Positions 1 through 9,003 of a stretch of DNA of 31,895 bases are shown here, one piece after another. The notes below the pieces were generated by a model, which was not told where the DNA came from, did no database searches, and saw only the letters and a list, made by a program, of their open reading frames with translations. This stretch comes from Chthonomonadales bacterium (lineage in GTDB: Bacteria; Armatimonadota; Chthonomonadetes; Chthonomonadales; Chthonomonadaceae). The translations under genes were made by a program, and so were the position numbers. How positions within the stretch are numbered: the stretch's first letter is position 1; every line of letters starts with the position of its first letter. The DNA lies in contig JBBQPO010000030.1 of assembly GCA_038217285.1 (NCBI GenBank), positions 1 through 31,895 of the forward strand, written 5' to 3'.

Positions 1-1
1 G

Positions 2-589
2 ATCCTGGACGAACCGACCAACCACCTCGACATCGAATCGCGGGAGGCTCTGGGCCAGATGCTGCGCGAGTACGACGGCACGCTGCTCCTGGTCTCTCAC
101 GACCGCTACCTACTCGACCAGGTGACCACGCACACCCTGGAAGTGGCGGACGGCAAGATCGCGATGTTCGACGGCCCCTATCGCGCCTACCGCGCCAAGA
201 AAGCGACTCAGGCTCGTACCGGTGCTGCCATAACGCCGGTGCTTTCCAGCCGCCAGCCGGAGGCCGCACCTCAGAAGGGCGGAAACCCTGCTCTTGAATC
301 GCTGCTGGCTCAACGTCCGAGTGCGGCGGCCTCTCTTCCTACCGGCATGAACGCGCATCAGATGTCGAAGGAGCGGCAGCGTGCCCGTAATCAGGTCGTC
401 GCCGCCGAACAGAAGATCGAGACGCTGGAGCAGCGGCTGCGTCGTATCGAAGCCGCGCTCTCCAACCCCCAGCCCTCCGACAATCCGGTGGCGCTTTCGC
501 AGGAGCATGGCGGCGTCCAGAATGCACTCAACGAAGCGATGGAAACCTGGGAAAAAGCGGTCGCCTACGTGGAGGCTCTGACGGTCTGA
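2..589 (+). CDS. ABC-F family ATP-binding protein, C-terminal part (5' truncated by window edge)
   Basis: Open frame from nt 2 reads [17 protein letters not shown]...[12 protein letters not shown] (ABC-F Walker B/D-loop and H-loop), followed by a Uup-like C-terminal coiled coil. Confidence 0.93.
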   Translation: MLDEPTNHLDIESREALGQMLREYDGTLLLVSHDRYLLDQVTTHTLEVADGKIAMFDGPYRAYRAKKATQARTGAAITPVLSSRQPEAAPQKGGNPALESLLAQRPSAAASLPTGMNAHQMSKERQRARNQVVAAEQKIETLEQRLRRIEAALSNPQPSDNPVALSQEHGGVQNALNEAMETWEKAVAYVEALTV

Positions 590-618
590 AAAAAGATTCA
601 GAATCACCGTAAAATGAC

Positions 619-644
619 GGAACAAAGCGTTCAGGGCGCGCGTC
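619..644 (+). promoter_or_regulatory. Candidate ECF-sigma promoter (GGAAC-N17-CGTC)
   Basis: GGAAC 619-623 and CGTC 641-644 match the generic AAC/CGT ECF promoter pattern; a similar motif is at 1384-1408. Confidence 0.35.
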
Positions 645-1011
645 CTAATAGCAACTCCCGTAAATGAAACGGGATAAAAAAGTGAAGAGCGCAAAAATCG
701 AATATCGTACACCGCAGCGGGCAATGTTAGTCCGTTCGGTTTCAGACCAAGAGCGTCTGCAATGTGCACACCAAGGGCACGTTTGCAGGGGCTTTTTTAC
801 ATAATAGGGCTCTCTGCCATCAATATTCGGTCGCTACTATTTGTACAACGACCCTCTATGGTCACTCTATCTACAATCGAACGGGCTGTGAACAATTTCA
901 TGGCCCGTTTTCGATTCCCAACTCCCTAGAGGCTGTCAGCGTCTGAACACCTATCTCTCCAAGAAGCGGTCAGGATGCCACACTGGTTATGACATAAGGA
1001 GCAACACGGAA

Positions 1012-1284
1012 ATGGGCGTATTTACCTGGATTATCGTGGGCGTGATCGCAGGATTCCTTACGAAACTGGCGATTCCCGGCACGAAAAACGAGCCCTCCGG
1101 ATTTCTGGGCACGATGATGCTCGGCATTGTCGGGGCTGTCATCGGCGGATGGGTCTGGAATCTGCTGTTGAACCAACCGGGTGCAACCGGACTGGATCTC
1201 GGCAGTCTCTTCGTCGCCTTCCTCGGCTCTGTCGGCGTCATAGGTCTTATGCGCCTGCTGGACCGCCAACCCATGGCCTACTGA
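1012..1284 (+). CDS. GlsB/YeaQ/YmgE family (transglycosylase-associated) membrane protein
   Basis: 90 aa, three hydrophobic helices, WIIVGVIAGFL...LGIVGAVIGGW...SLFVAFLGSV pattern. Confidence 0.92.
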   Translation: MGVFTWIIVGVIAGFLTKLAIPGTKNEPSGFLGTMMLGIVGAVIGGWVWNLLLNQPGATGLDLGSLFVAFLGSVGVIGLMRLLDRQPMAY

Positions 1285-1333
1285 GCCGCATTCCATTATC
1301 CGTCTTTCCAAAGCCCCCGGTGCGAACATCCCG

Positions 1334-1368
1334 ACCGGAGCGAGAAAAAGTCTCTCGCTCCGGTTTTA
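1334..1368 (+). terminator. Rho-independent terminator after glsB-like gene
   Basis: 12-bp stem ACCGGAGCGAGA/TCTCGCTCCGGT, 7-nt loop, ending in a short T run. Confidence 0.75.
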
Positions 1369-1383
1369 TCGTCGGCCTTCCCA

Positions 1384-1408
1384 GGAACGTTTGCGGTGCA
1401 AAAACGTA
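1384..1408 (+). promoter_or_regulatory. Candidate ECF-sigma promoter (GGAAC-N16-CGTA)
   Basis: GGAAC 1384-1388 and CGTA 1405-1408, located just after a terminator and about 70 nt upstream of the small Lys-rich ORF. Confidence 0.4.
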
Positions 1409-1475
1409 TCTACTATCAACGCACTCCACTGTCGATGCCGGAACGCGAATGCTTGAAGAAGGGAGGATCTTTATC

Positions 1476-1532
1476 ATGTCGAAGAAGAAGGACAAAAAAG
1501 ACAAAAAAGGAAAGAAGAAGGGCAAAAAGTAA
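1476..1532 (+). CDS. 18-aa lysine-rich small protein MSKKKDKKDKKGKKKGKK
   Basis: Strong SD GGGAGGA (1461-1467) 8 nt before ATG 1476, TAA at 1530-1532, with hairpins on both sides. Confidence 0.65.
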   Translation: MSKKKDKKDKKGKKKGKK

Positions 1533-1556
1533 CTTTCGCCCGCTGAGAATCTTTTC

Positions 1557-1592
1557 CAGCAAAATGGCGACCTTCGGGTCGCCATTTTGCTG
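1557..1592. terminator. Probably bidirectional terminator with UUCG tetraloop
   Basis: Perfect 16-bp IR CAGCAAAATGGCGACC-TTCG-GGTCGCCATTTTGCTG between convergent genes. Confidence 0.85.
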
Positions 1593-1696
1593 TGAGTCAG
1601 GCGGTAAGAATGTTGAAACGTGGGTAACGGAATGCGATTACAGCGACGGGGTGCGGGGTGGAAAGCCCGTGCCTAGAGGGCCTAGGAGTGTTCACA

Positions 1697-3172
1697 TCAC
1701 CGAGAAAGGACGGCAAGATCGGCTTCTGGGAGCGGTACGTCCTGAGTTGCCAACTCCCCCGATTCGGAATTTGCCGTGGTGCGCGGCGAGGCGGTGGCCC
1801 ACGCGATTCCGAGGTAGACCGCGACATAGAGTTGTAGCGAGCTTACCTGTTGCGGGAAGTCGAAGGTAGAGTGCAGCGCGACGGCAAGAAGCGCCGTCAG
1901 AACCCCGACATAGACGAGAGTTTGCGGGGCTGGCGGAAGATTTCTGTCCCGCCAAACCGCGCCCCAGGCACGGGCTATGCCGCCGAACAGTACCGTCCCC
2001 GCCGCCAACGCCCCGAGCCAGCCGAACTCGACCAGAGCCTGCAGGTAGTCCTCGTGTGCCTGGCTCCACATGCTGACGGCTGCGCCGGGAACCGGGCGAT
2101 GAATGATCCAGCGCCTGTAGAACGCATGGGTCAACAACGGGGAGCGCGGCAGCAGCATTTTGAACGCTCCCGGCCCTCGACCGAAGGGACCGCTCTGTCG
2201 GGCCATCACCGTGGCAATCGGCCAGACCTGCATACGCCCCGAATCTCCGGTAAGCACCTCCGGTAGTTGCTCCCACTTCTGCTCCATGCGATGCAGATGC
2301 GGCGCGAGTGCGATCCCCAGAACAACGCCTCCGACGCAGGCGATCACCAGGGCGCGACGCGCCAATCTGGCCGCCGCCCCCTCTCCCTGCGTCAGCCGCA
2401 ATCCGGTCCAGCAGCCCAGCCCGACCAGGAGCAACACGGTGATCGCCTGCGCGCCCCGGGACGTGTTGACCGTCGCTGCGACGAGGCAGCAGGCGAGTAG
2501 CGCGCAGAGCACCAAGCGCGTTCGAGTCGCGTGTCGCTCCGACCGCGCGACGAACAGCAGGGCGCAGATGGCAGGGATCACCAGATTCAGGAAAGCGCCG
2601 GCGTTGGCATGGTAGTTGTAGGTACCGAAGTAAGCGCCTTCGTACATACTCATCTGCGCGGCGACGAAGTGAACAAAGCCCGCCTGTTGCGCCATCCCGA
2701 ACAGCGAGAAGCTCGCCCCCGTCCACGCCATAGCCCACAGCAGGCGCGTCCTCCAGATCAGATCACGGGCCAGATCGACGACGACGCACAGCCCCGCCAG
2801 CAGCGCGGTCACGCGCAGCATGGCCAGGACGGCTACCGTGCGTTCTATCGCCCCGGGCGCAGCGGGCAACGGCGACGTAATCGGCAGGATGTCCCCGGTC
2901 GTCAAGGAGAAGGCGCCATGGGCGTTCCAGGCCATAAACCAGCCCTGCAGCAGTAACCAGCCACAGCAGGCGAGCAGTATCGGAGGGAGGCGCGGTGAGA
3001 TCCGCAGGTTGAGGAGGGCGTCCAGCACCCAGGAGAGGGCTGACAGCGCGAGCAGGCCTTCCATCCCCGCCAGAGCCACCGGCGGAATACTGCCAAGCGC
3101 AAGCGGAGCATAGATCAACGCAACGACCACCAACCCTCCGGCGACCTGACGAAATGGACGTGCAATTTTCAA
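1697..3172 (-). CDS. O-antigen ligase (Wzy_C/WaaL-like) family polytopic membrane protein
   Basis: Many TM segments; motifs GTYNYHANAGAFL, TSRGA, GRGPGAF, AHEDYLQALVEFGWLG, LHSTFDFP. Start placed at TTG 3172 after GGGAGGGG. Confidence 0.85.
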   Translation of the reverse strand: MKIARPFRQVAGGLVVVALIYAPLALGSIPPVALAGMEGLLALSALSWVLDALLNLRISPRLPPILLACCGWLLLQGWFMAWNAHGAFSLTTGDILPITSPLPAAPGAIERTVAVLAMLRVTALLAGLCVVVDLARDLIWRTRLLWAMAWTGASFSLFGMAQQAGFVHFVAAQMSMYEGAYFGTYNYHANAGAFLNLVIPAICALLFVARSERHATRTRLVLCALLACCLVAATVNTSRGAQAITVLLLVGLGCWTGLRLTQGEGAAARLARRALVIACVGGVVLGIALAPHLHRMEQKWEQLPEVLTGDSGRMQVWPIATVMARQSGPFGRGPGAFKMLLPRSPLLTHAFYRRWIIHRPVPGAAVSMWSQAHEDYLQALVEFGWLGALAAGTVLFGGIARAWGAVWRDRNLPPAPQTLVYVGVLTALLAVALHSTFDFPQQVSSLQLYVAVYLGIAWATASPRTTANSESGELATQDVPLPEADLAVLSR

Positions 3173-3358
3173 ACAGTCGCCCCTCCCCTTCTCTCTATTA
3201 CTCCTGTTGGTTGTCGATGGCCCCGGAACGGATGTCTGGCTGCGGATATCAAGTTTTTGATTTCGGCGCGTATGGAGGCAGGAATTTCGCTCTCGTTTCG
3301 CACATATTGCACTAGCTGTCAACATTCGACAGAGAAACAGAGAGGCGAAGAGGATTTG

Positions 3359-3811
3359 ATGAACAGAAATGACGCGATTGAACTAGAGTCTGACGTGGTC
3401 TGTGTAAACTATTTTGTGCTGTGCGATCAGGTGATCACGGAGGCGCAGACCAGCAAGCAGTCGCTTATCGGCGTCTATTCGGCGTTGATGACGGAACAGG
3501 TGCCGATGCAGGCCAATCTCGCGGTCGCGCTCGGTCTGCGGGTGCAGTCGGCCCATCCCCGAGAGCTGACGTTTCGGTTCCATGGGCCGGATGGCGAACA
3601 GATCTTCTCCTCGCCGCCGCTGCCGACAGACTGGAACTCCGTTCAGTCCGGCCTGGAGAGTTCCGGTTTCGCCACGCTCCAGATCGGGTTGAATCTGCGC
3701 GCAGTTCCCTTCAACAAGTTCGGCGTCTATACTGCCGCGCTGTACTGTGACAAGACCCTGTTGATCACTTACCCACTCTCGGTCCTGCCAGCCACCCCCT
3801 CCGCGCGGTAA
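3359..3811 (+). CDS. DUF6941-like hypothetical protein (beta-sandwich)
   Basis: FVLCDQVITEAQTSKQSLIGVY start and PFNKFGVYTAALYCD end fit this family; ATG 3359 after GAGGA. Confidence 0.7.
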   Translation: MNRNDAIELESDVVCVNYFVLCDQVITEAQTSKQSLIGVYSALMTEQVPMQANLAVALGLRVQSAHPRELTFRFHGPDGEQIFSSPPLPTDWNSVQSGLESSGFATLQIGLNLRAVPFNKFGVYTAALYCDKTLLITYPLSVLPATPSAR

Positions 3812-3826
3812 TCCTGTCGTTGCTTC

Positions 3827-3869
3827 ATCTCCCCCGGCCCCTCCTGGCGAAGGAGGGGCCGGGGGAGAT
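3827..3869. repeat. 19-bp perfect inverted repeat (terminator or REP-like)
   Basis: ATCTCCCCCGGCCCCTCCT-GGCGA-AGGAGGGGCCGGGGGAGAT between convergent genes; no U tract. Confidence 0.8.
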
Positions 3870-3892
3870 CGACTTGCCGGTCCGCGGCGGGC

Positions 3893-4228
3893 TTATTTGA
3901 TCTCGATCAGCTCGACTTCGAAGATGAGCGTGGCGTGCGGCGGAATGACGCCGCCGGCGCCGCGAGCGCCATAGCCGAGCGCCGAGGGAATGGTCATTTT
4001 ACGGATCCCGCCCACTTTCATGCTGGCGACGCCCTCGTCCCAGCCCTGAATCACCTCCCCGACACCGACGCGAAACGAGAACGGCTGGCCGCGATCCCGC
4101 GAGCTGTCGAACTTCTTGCCGTTGGTCAGCGTGCCCACGTAGTGAACGACAGCCGTCTGACCCTTGGTCGGGCTTGCTCCGGCGCCCTCTACAGTGTCCT
4201 CATACTCCAAACCGGATGTGGTAACCAT
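3893..4228 (-). CDS. FKBP-type peptidyl-prolyl cis-trans isomerase
   Basis: VHYVGTL, FDSSRDRGQPF, VIQGWDEG, LGYGARG, IPPHATLIFEVEL. Confidence 0.97.
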   Translation of the reverse strand: MVTTSGLEYEDTVEGAGASPTKGQTAVVHYVGTLTNGKKFDSSRDRGQPFSFRVGVGEVIQGWDEGVASMKVGGIRKMTIPSALGYGARGAGGVIPPHATLIFEVELIEIK

Positions 4229-4294
4229 GTGATTGTCTCTCCTGTGAAATTTTGATTTTCGATTGTCCGAACGGTCGAGTTCAAAGGCTGCTCT

Positions 4295-5278
4295 TCAGAC
4301 CTGAATGTTCGGCAGTGCGGACAGTCGATATTTTCGTGGACGCGCGGATGAGGCGTGTCTTACCGGTGCAACGCCGTTGTTGTTGTGTGACGAAACGGAT
4401 TTTTGGAGCAGCCAGAGCGCGAGGGCCAGGCCGATGCCGATGATGACGCGTCGGACATTGCGCTGTCCAATGCGGCGCGCCGTTCCGGCTCCGCTGTAAC
4501 CTCCGATAATAGAACCGGCCGCCATCAGCAGGGCGATATGCCAGTTGACCTGGCCACTGGTAATGAAGAGCACCGAGGCGACGGCATTGATGCAGAGGCC
4601 GTTGATGTTCTTCAAGCCGTTCATCCGATGGATGTTGGTAAAGCCCATGAAGCCGAGCGTGGCCAGCATCATGATGCCGATGCCTGCCCCGAAGTAGCCG
4701 CCGTAGATCGCGACAAAGAACTGAAACGTGATGACGCCCGCCCAGGCCGAGGGCGAGGGTTCTCTCTCCGACGTTGCTGCTGCTGTAGAAGATACGCCGA
4801 GGGGAACCGAAGAGTTCGCAGGCAGGGACGCCAGGGTGGATTCGGCGTCGGGGGCGGGAGGCGCAGGCGCCAGGGCAATTCGCGCCTGTTCGGCACGAGC
4901 GCGCTGGATTCGGGCCAGAGGCTCCTGCACCATAAACAGAACGGTCGCCATCAGAATGAGGAACGGCACGATGCGGTCGAAGAAGTGGTGCGGGGTATGC
5001 AGCAGCAGCCATGCGCCCAGCGCCCCACCGAGCAGACTCGGGATGGCCAACCGCACGATGGCGGTCCGGTTCTGCCCAAGCTCTTTACGGTATCCCCACA
5101 GACTGCTCAACTGTCCCGGCCAGAGCGCCACCGTGCTCGTCGCGTTTGCGATCACGGAATCGAAGCCTGCCGAGAGCAGAGCCGGAAACGTCAGAAGCGT
5201 TCCCCCCCCTGCCACCGAATTGACCATCCCTGCGACGGCCGCCGCTCCGAACAGAACCAGATTATGCTGCCATGTCAT
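4295..5278 (-). CDS. Sulfite exporter TauE/SafE family protein
   Basis: NSVAGGGTLLTFPAL, ANATSTVALWPG, YGGYFGAGIGI, NGLKN motifs; start placed at ATG 5278. Confidence 0.92.
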   Translation of the reverse strand: MTWQHNLVLFGAAAVAGMVNSVAGGGTLLTFPALLSAGFDSVIANATSTVALWPGQLSSLWGYRKELGQNRTAIVRLAIPSLLGGALGAWLLLHTPHHFFDRIVPFLILMATVLFMVQEPLARIQRARAEQARIALAPAPPAPDAESTLASLPANSSVPLGVSSTAAATSEREPSPSAWAGVITFQFFVAIYGGYFGAGIGIMMLATLGFMGFTNIHRMNGLKNINGLCINAVASVLFITSGQVNWHIALLMAAGSIIGGYSGAGTARRIGQRNVRRVIIGIGLALALWLLQKSVSSHNNNGVAPVRHASSARPRKYRLSALPNIQV

Positions 5279-5310
5279 ACCGCAAAGGCGCTTTCCCCTG
5301 CCAGAATCGT

Positions 5311-5341
5311 CGCGCCCCTCCATTCCACATGGAGGGGCGCG
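5311..5341. repeat. 13-bp perfect inverted repeat (terminator or REP-like)
   Basis: CGCGCCCCTCCAT-TCCAC-ATGGAGGGGCGCG; shares the GCCCCTCC/GGAGGGGC core with 3827-3869. Confidence 0.7.
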
Positions 5342-5379
5342 AATCCTGCCCGCAAGCAAACCCATGTCGCAAGATCGCG

Positions 5380-6249
5380 CTAACGCGCGGTCGCGACTAT
5401 TTTGGAACCGTTTGCGCTCTCAACATGCAGGTGGAACCGCTTCAGACTGGGGTGGGACTCGAGTTCCGAGGCAAAGGTCGAGATCGCCGTCTTGTTCAGG
5501 TGGATCTCCACGCTGTAGGTTCGACCGGCATAGTCACCCTGGCCGGTGTCGATGACGCCGGGCAACTTGCGGATAAGCCGATCTAACGCAGTGGATTCAG
5601 AGATGCTTGCGATACCTCGCACGTCCACCTCGATGTGCTGGTCGGACCCGAGACTCAGCTTGTCGAGCTTTCTCAGAAGGCTGGCGGAGATTTCGTCTCC
5701 GCCCTGCTCAAGGCAGATCTTGCTGGCCAGCTCGACGGTCGCCTCAGGCGCTCCGGTCTTGTGGAGGGAGTCCGCATAAATCTTCTCGGCGGTATCCATT
5801 CGGATGCACTTGATCTCAATACGCCCGCGGCAGCGGATGCGAAGCACCGTTCCCAGGTCCGTAACGATATTCTCGCGAGACTCCTCCTGCGTGAACGCCT
5901 CGCCGGTGACGAGAAGATCCGCGCCGAACTTGCGGCCAAGTTGCATGGCCTCTTTGCCGGCCGCTGCCCCGCCCGCGATAATGCGATCAATCACGGCGGA
6001 GTAGCGCAGATCTCGGATCCGGTCCTGATCGATCACCTTGTACCCTGCGTCGATCAACTGCTTCGAGAGCGCCGTCTCGACCGCCGGGTCTGGAATGTGC
6101 GGCCGGTCGATATGTCGCTCCTGAACGATTACCATGACCCGCCAGCGCCGCGCCTTCGTATCATCGGACTGCGCGCCGCATATCTGTGTGAGGCCCAGCA
6201 GCGCGGCACACATCCACGCCCATCGCAGCGCGTTGAATCGCTTTGTCAC
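5380..6249 (-). CDS. Secreted protein with FlgT-middle/CsgG/TolB-N-like domain
   Basis: Signal-peptide-like N-terminus from GTG 6249; RVMVIVQE...DPAVETALSKQLIDAGYKVIDQ...GRKFGADLLVTGEA...IRMDTAEKI pattern. Confidence 0.6.
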   Translation of the reverse strand: MTKRFNALRWAWMCAALLGLTQICGAQSDDTKARRWRVMVIVQERHIDRPHIPDPAVETALSKQLIDAGYKVIDQDRIRDLRYSAVIDRIIAGGAAAGKEAMQLGRKFGADLLVTGEAFTQEESRENIVTDLGTVLRIRCRGRIEIKCIRMDTAEKIYADSLHKTGAPEATVELASKICLEQGGDEISASLLRKLDKLSLGSDQHIEVDVRGIASISESTALDRLIRKLPGVIDTGQGDYAGRTYSVEIHLNKTAISTFASELESHPSLKRFHLHVESANGSKIVATAR

Positions 6250-6290
6250 TCTGTTCCGCCTTTCCGGTCGCGCACCAGGCGCGGGGATTC

Positions 6291-8477
6291 TCACTTCGCT
6301 TTTCCATTCTGCTTGCCTGTCTTTTGAGGTGATATTCTGGCGGCATGCCACGTTCGGATGGGCAGACCGATCTTTATCAGGTTGATCTTTGCGGCTTCCT
6401 GTGGATTCAGCGGAACGCAGTCCGCCGTGACGCCAACACGCGTTACGCGGAGAAGTACGCTCTGGATCACACGCGTTTCGAGCACCTTCCCGGTGGTAGG
6501 ATGCTTCACTTCCTTCGTCTCAACGAGAACCTGGACGCGGTCGCCCAGGCGCACGCCGTTCGCGGCGCCGATAGTGACCGTGACGACGGCGTTTTCGATT
6601 GCAGCAACCTGGGCATCACCCGCAGCAGGCTCGATGGGTTCACGCTTCACCACGATAGGGTCGGGCGGAACGGTCGGAGCCTTGTCGACTGCAACTTCCT
6701 CGGGGAGCGTGCCGTCCGGCAGCCAGGCGTTATCGCGCAACTGCATCAGGCCGATCGACGCCGCGTTGACGGCCGCGGCCTGCAGAAGGGCGGCGGGACA
6801 ACGGTCGTTGTTCGGAGGGGACTCGAGCGAGTTAGGGGTTCTCCCGGCGGCGACCGTTACCGTATCGCGTTTCAGCGTCTGTGTGCCGCTTGAAGCGACG
6901 CCTCTGCAGTCGTAGTCCCAGACGACCTCAACGGGCTTGGTTTGATCTTGAAGATCGATGAGCCTCAGAACGCCGCGAACACGAGCTGTTGTAGTGCTCG
7001 TTATGTGGCGCTCAAACTGTGCCGAAAGCCGCGAGGTCTCCCGCTCCTCGTACTGCACCTTCCGGGAAGTCCAGGCGTGGTGATCGATCTCCCATTGCGG
7101 GTGTCTTGCCTCAACGTCTTTTTTGTCTCCTCCACCTCCCAAAAACTTCCTTACCGGCTCCTGTGGCTCCGGATCGTCCCTGCCGTGGGCGGTCTCGTAG
7201 GGAACAAGTGTGTCCTCCCGCAGCTTCTGTTCGCCCGTGGTATACTCGGTGCCACCGCTATACTCGAGGATGGTGAAGAGCCAGATGTGCCGGAGCTTGC
7301 CTTTGCGGCGCAGCATGTCGGCCGTCCCGGTGGCGCCCTGAAGCTCTTCGAGGGTTACCTCCTTCTGTAGAAGGCCCAGCACCTCTCCGCGCTCTTCGAC
7401 CGGCATGTTCAGCCCATGGCGCATAGCACGCGCGATCAGGAGCCGCATCGCCTCTTTATCCTCCGGGCCCGGCCCCGCGCCGCTTATGAGGAGGGTGGTG
7501 CGGCCTATGTGACGCAGGTCTTTTACGTCGTCGATAGCCAGGCCGTCGGGTATATTCCGGAAGCCCGAATACCGGTGCGCCCTGGCGGCCAGAAGCGTAC
7601 TGTTGGGTGTGCTGAAGACGGCTATGGAGCACCCGTTCCCGAGATCATCGCGCCTTACAAAGCTGGTGGTCTCCTTGAGATCGCGGCCGGCCAGAAGCTT
7701 CGCCGCGCACTCAGGAACACCGATGCCCCGCTGCGCGCGGTTGATGAAGTAGGCCTGGTTGTACTCCTCGAGATCCTCCGGCTTCAGCTTGTCACGGTCA
7801 GTCAGCGGATACCACCGCGCGTCCGACCAGGCATCCGAGCCGGAAACCCGGCCCCACCCTTCGACCGCAGGCTTATCTTCCGGTGTGCTGAAGACCGCAA
7901 CCCTGTAGGTGTGGAAATCAAGCGCGAACGGAAGAGTGTTGAAGCGCGCCGCAGATCGGGCGATGAATTTGTCGCACAGCGGCCTCAGGCGCTGGTCGTC
8001 CGGTGCAACGAGCATTGTCGTAAACGCGGTACCGCGGCCACCGGAGCTCGTCATCTCGCTCTTGAGTGCGCCATCCCCATAGGCCATACCGGCGAGCTTA
8101 ACAGGCATCTGGCTCGAAAGGAAGTCAGGAATAGCGCCGTGCCACTCCTTGCGGACCACCAGGATGATGAGGCTGACGGGTCCTCTCTTTGGGGCCGACA
8201 CACTCTCCTCGGTGGCTTCGGCGAGCGGTATGATCGGTATGTCCTGCGCGGTGCGCTTTTTGTTGTCCGGCTGGCGGATAATGGCGCCCTGAACAGCCTT
8301 TGCGAGCTCGGCCGCCTGGGCACCGGAGACAAGGATCACTATCTTCGGTGTGCCTTTCGCGAGCTCACGGATAATCGTGGTATCGGCACGAGCCACTGCG
8401 GTAGCTGCCAGACCGCCCGCCACACAGAGAACGAGCCATGCCGCCGAGTTCATGTTTTGTTTTCCGTATTTTCGCAT
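6291..8477 (-). CDS. Large secreted protein with C-terminal FlgT_C-like domain
   Basis: 728-aa ORF with signal peptide (AAWLVLCVAGGLAATAVARA); C-terminal VTVTIGAANGVRLGDRVQV...KHPTTGKVL is typical of CsgG/FlgT_C tails. Confidence 0.6.
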   Translation of the reverse strand: MRKYGKQNMNSAAWLVLCVAGGLAATAVARADTTIIRELAKGTPKIVILVSGAQAAELAKAVQGAIIRQPDNKKRTAQDIPIIPLAEATEESVSAPKRGPVSLIILVVRKEWHGAIPDFLSSQMPVKLAGMAYGDGALKSEMTSSGGRGTAFTTMLVAPDDQRLRPLCDKFIARSAARFNTLPFALDFHTYRVAVFSTPEDKPAVEGWGRVSGSDAWSDARWYPLTDRDKLKPEDLEEYNQAYFINRAQRGIGVPECAAKLLAGRDLKETTSFVRRDDLGNGCSIAVFSTPNSTLLAARAHRYSGFRNIPDGLAIDDVKDLRHIGRTTLLISGAGPGPEDKEAMRLLIARAMRHGLNMPVEERGEVLGLLQKEVTLEELQGATGTADMLRRKGKLRHIWLFTILEYSGGTEYTTGEQKLREDTLVPYETAHGRDDPEPQEPVRKFLGGGGDKKDVEARHPQWEIDHHAWTSRKVQYEERETSRLSAQFERHITSTTTARVRGVLRLIDLQDQTKPVEVVWDYDCRGVASSGTQTLKRDTVTVAAGRTPNSLESPPNNDRCPAALLQAAAVNAASIGLMQLRDNAWLPDGTLPEEVAVDKAPTVPPDPIVVKREPIEPAAGDAQVAAIENAVVTVTIGAANGVRLGDRVQVLVETKEVKHPTTGKVLETRVIQSVLLRVTRVGVTADCVPLNPQEAAKINLIKIGLPIRTWHAARISPQKTGKQNGKAK

Positions 8478-8551
8478 AATCCGTATCCCTTCGCCGCACG
8501 CGAAAGCTGTTCGGGCCTCCGCTTGCGACCGTCGTTCCGTCGTGTATCAAA

Positions 8552-8992
8552 TCACCGAAGCGACATTACCTGGGCCTTTTGCGGGTCGCTTAAGAACGGG
8601 GAAGTATGGACCGCTCCGTCCAGGGTCGCCTTCAAAATCTGCCCTTGTGCCGCGACCAGAACGCCGAACAGATAGAACACCGCAGCGCAGCCGGTCGCCA
8701 TAACGAGTCCGGCAACTATGTACGTGGTCTTTGTCTGCTCATTTATGTAAGGCTGATTGCTCATGGAAAGCGCACCGAAGAAGATAGTGCCGGCCAGAAC
8801 TCCACCGATACCCTTGATAACCGTGCCGAAGCCTGTTGTGACGCGGGCAATGAGGTAGGCGTCCCGATAGCGAGCCGCAGCATCCCGGGCGAAATGCGTC
8901 TGATCCCCGGACGCACCGATCACAGCGGCCACGGCAGCAGGGTTTCCCGGGTCCGATGAGACGCCCAGAAGCGAATCAAGATCGTGGGACAT
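8552..8992 (-). CDS. Hypothetical two-TM membrane protein
   Basis: SD AGGAGG upstream; two hydrophobic helices; conserved-looking GVLVAAQGQILKATLDGAVHTSPFL. Confidence 0.75.
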   Translation of the reverse strand: MSHDLDSLLGVSSDPGNPAAVAAVIGASGDQTHFARDAAARYRDAYLIARVTTGFGTVIKGIGGVLAGTIFFGALSMSNQPYINEQTKTTYIVAGLVMATGCAAVFYLFGVLVAAQGQILKATLDGAVHTSPFLSDPQKAQVMSLR

Positions 8993-9003
8993 TTCGATGC
9001 CTC

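Noticed and set aside
1149-1532. 127-aa ORF ending in the Lys-rich tail
   Set aside because: Overlaps the glsB-like gene out of frame and spans a terminator; only the last 18 codons have an SD.
1476-1592. Lysine attenuator leader peptide
   Set aside because: No co-oriented downstream gene; the next gene is convergent.
4745-4915. Pro/Ala/Ser-rich insert in TauE as a novel domain
   Set aside because: Falls in the variable central loop of the family and is low complexity.
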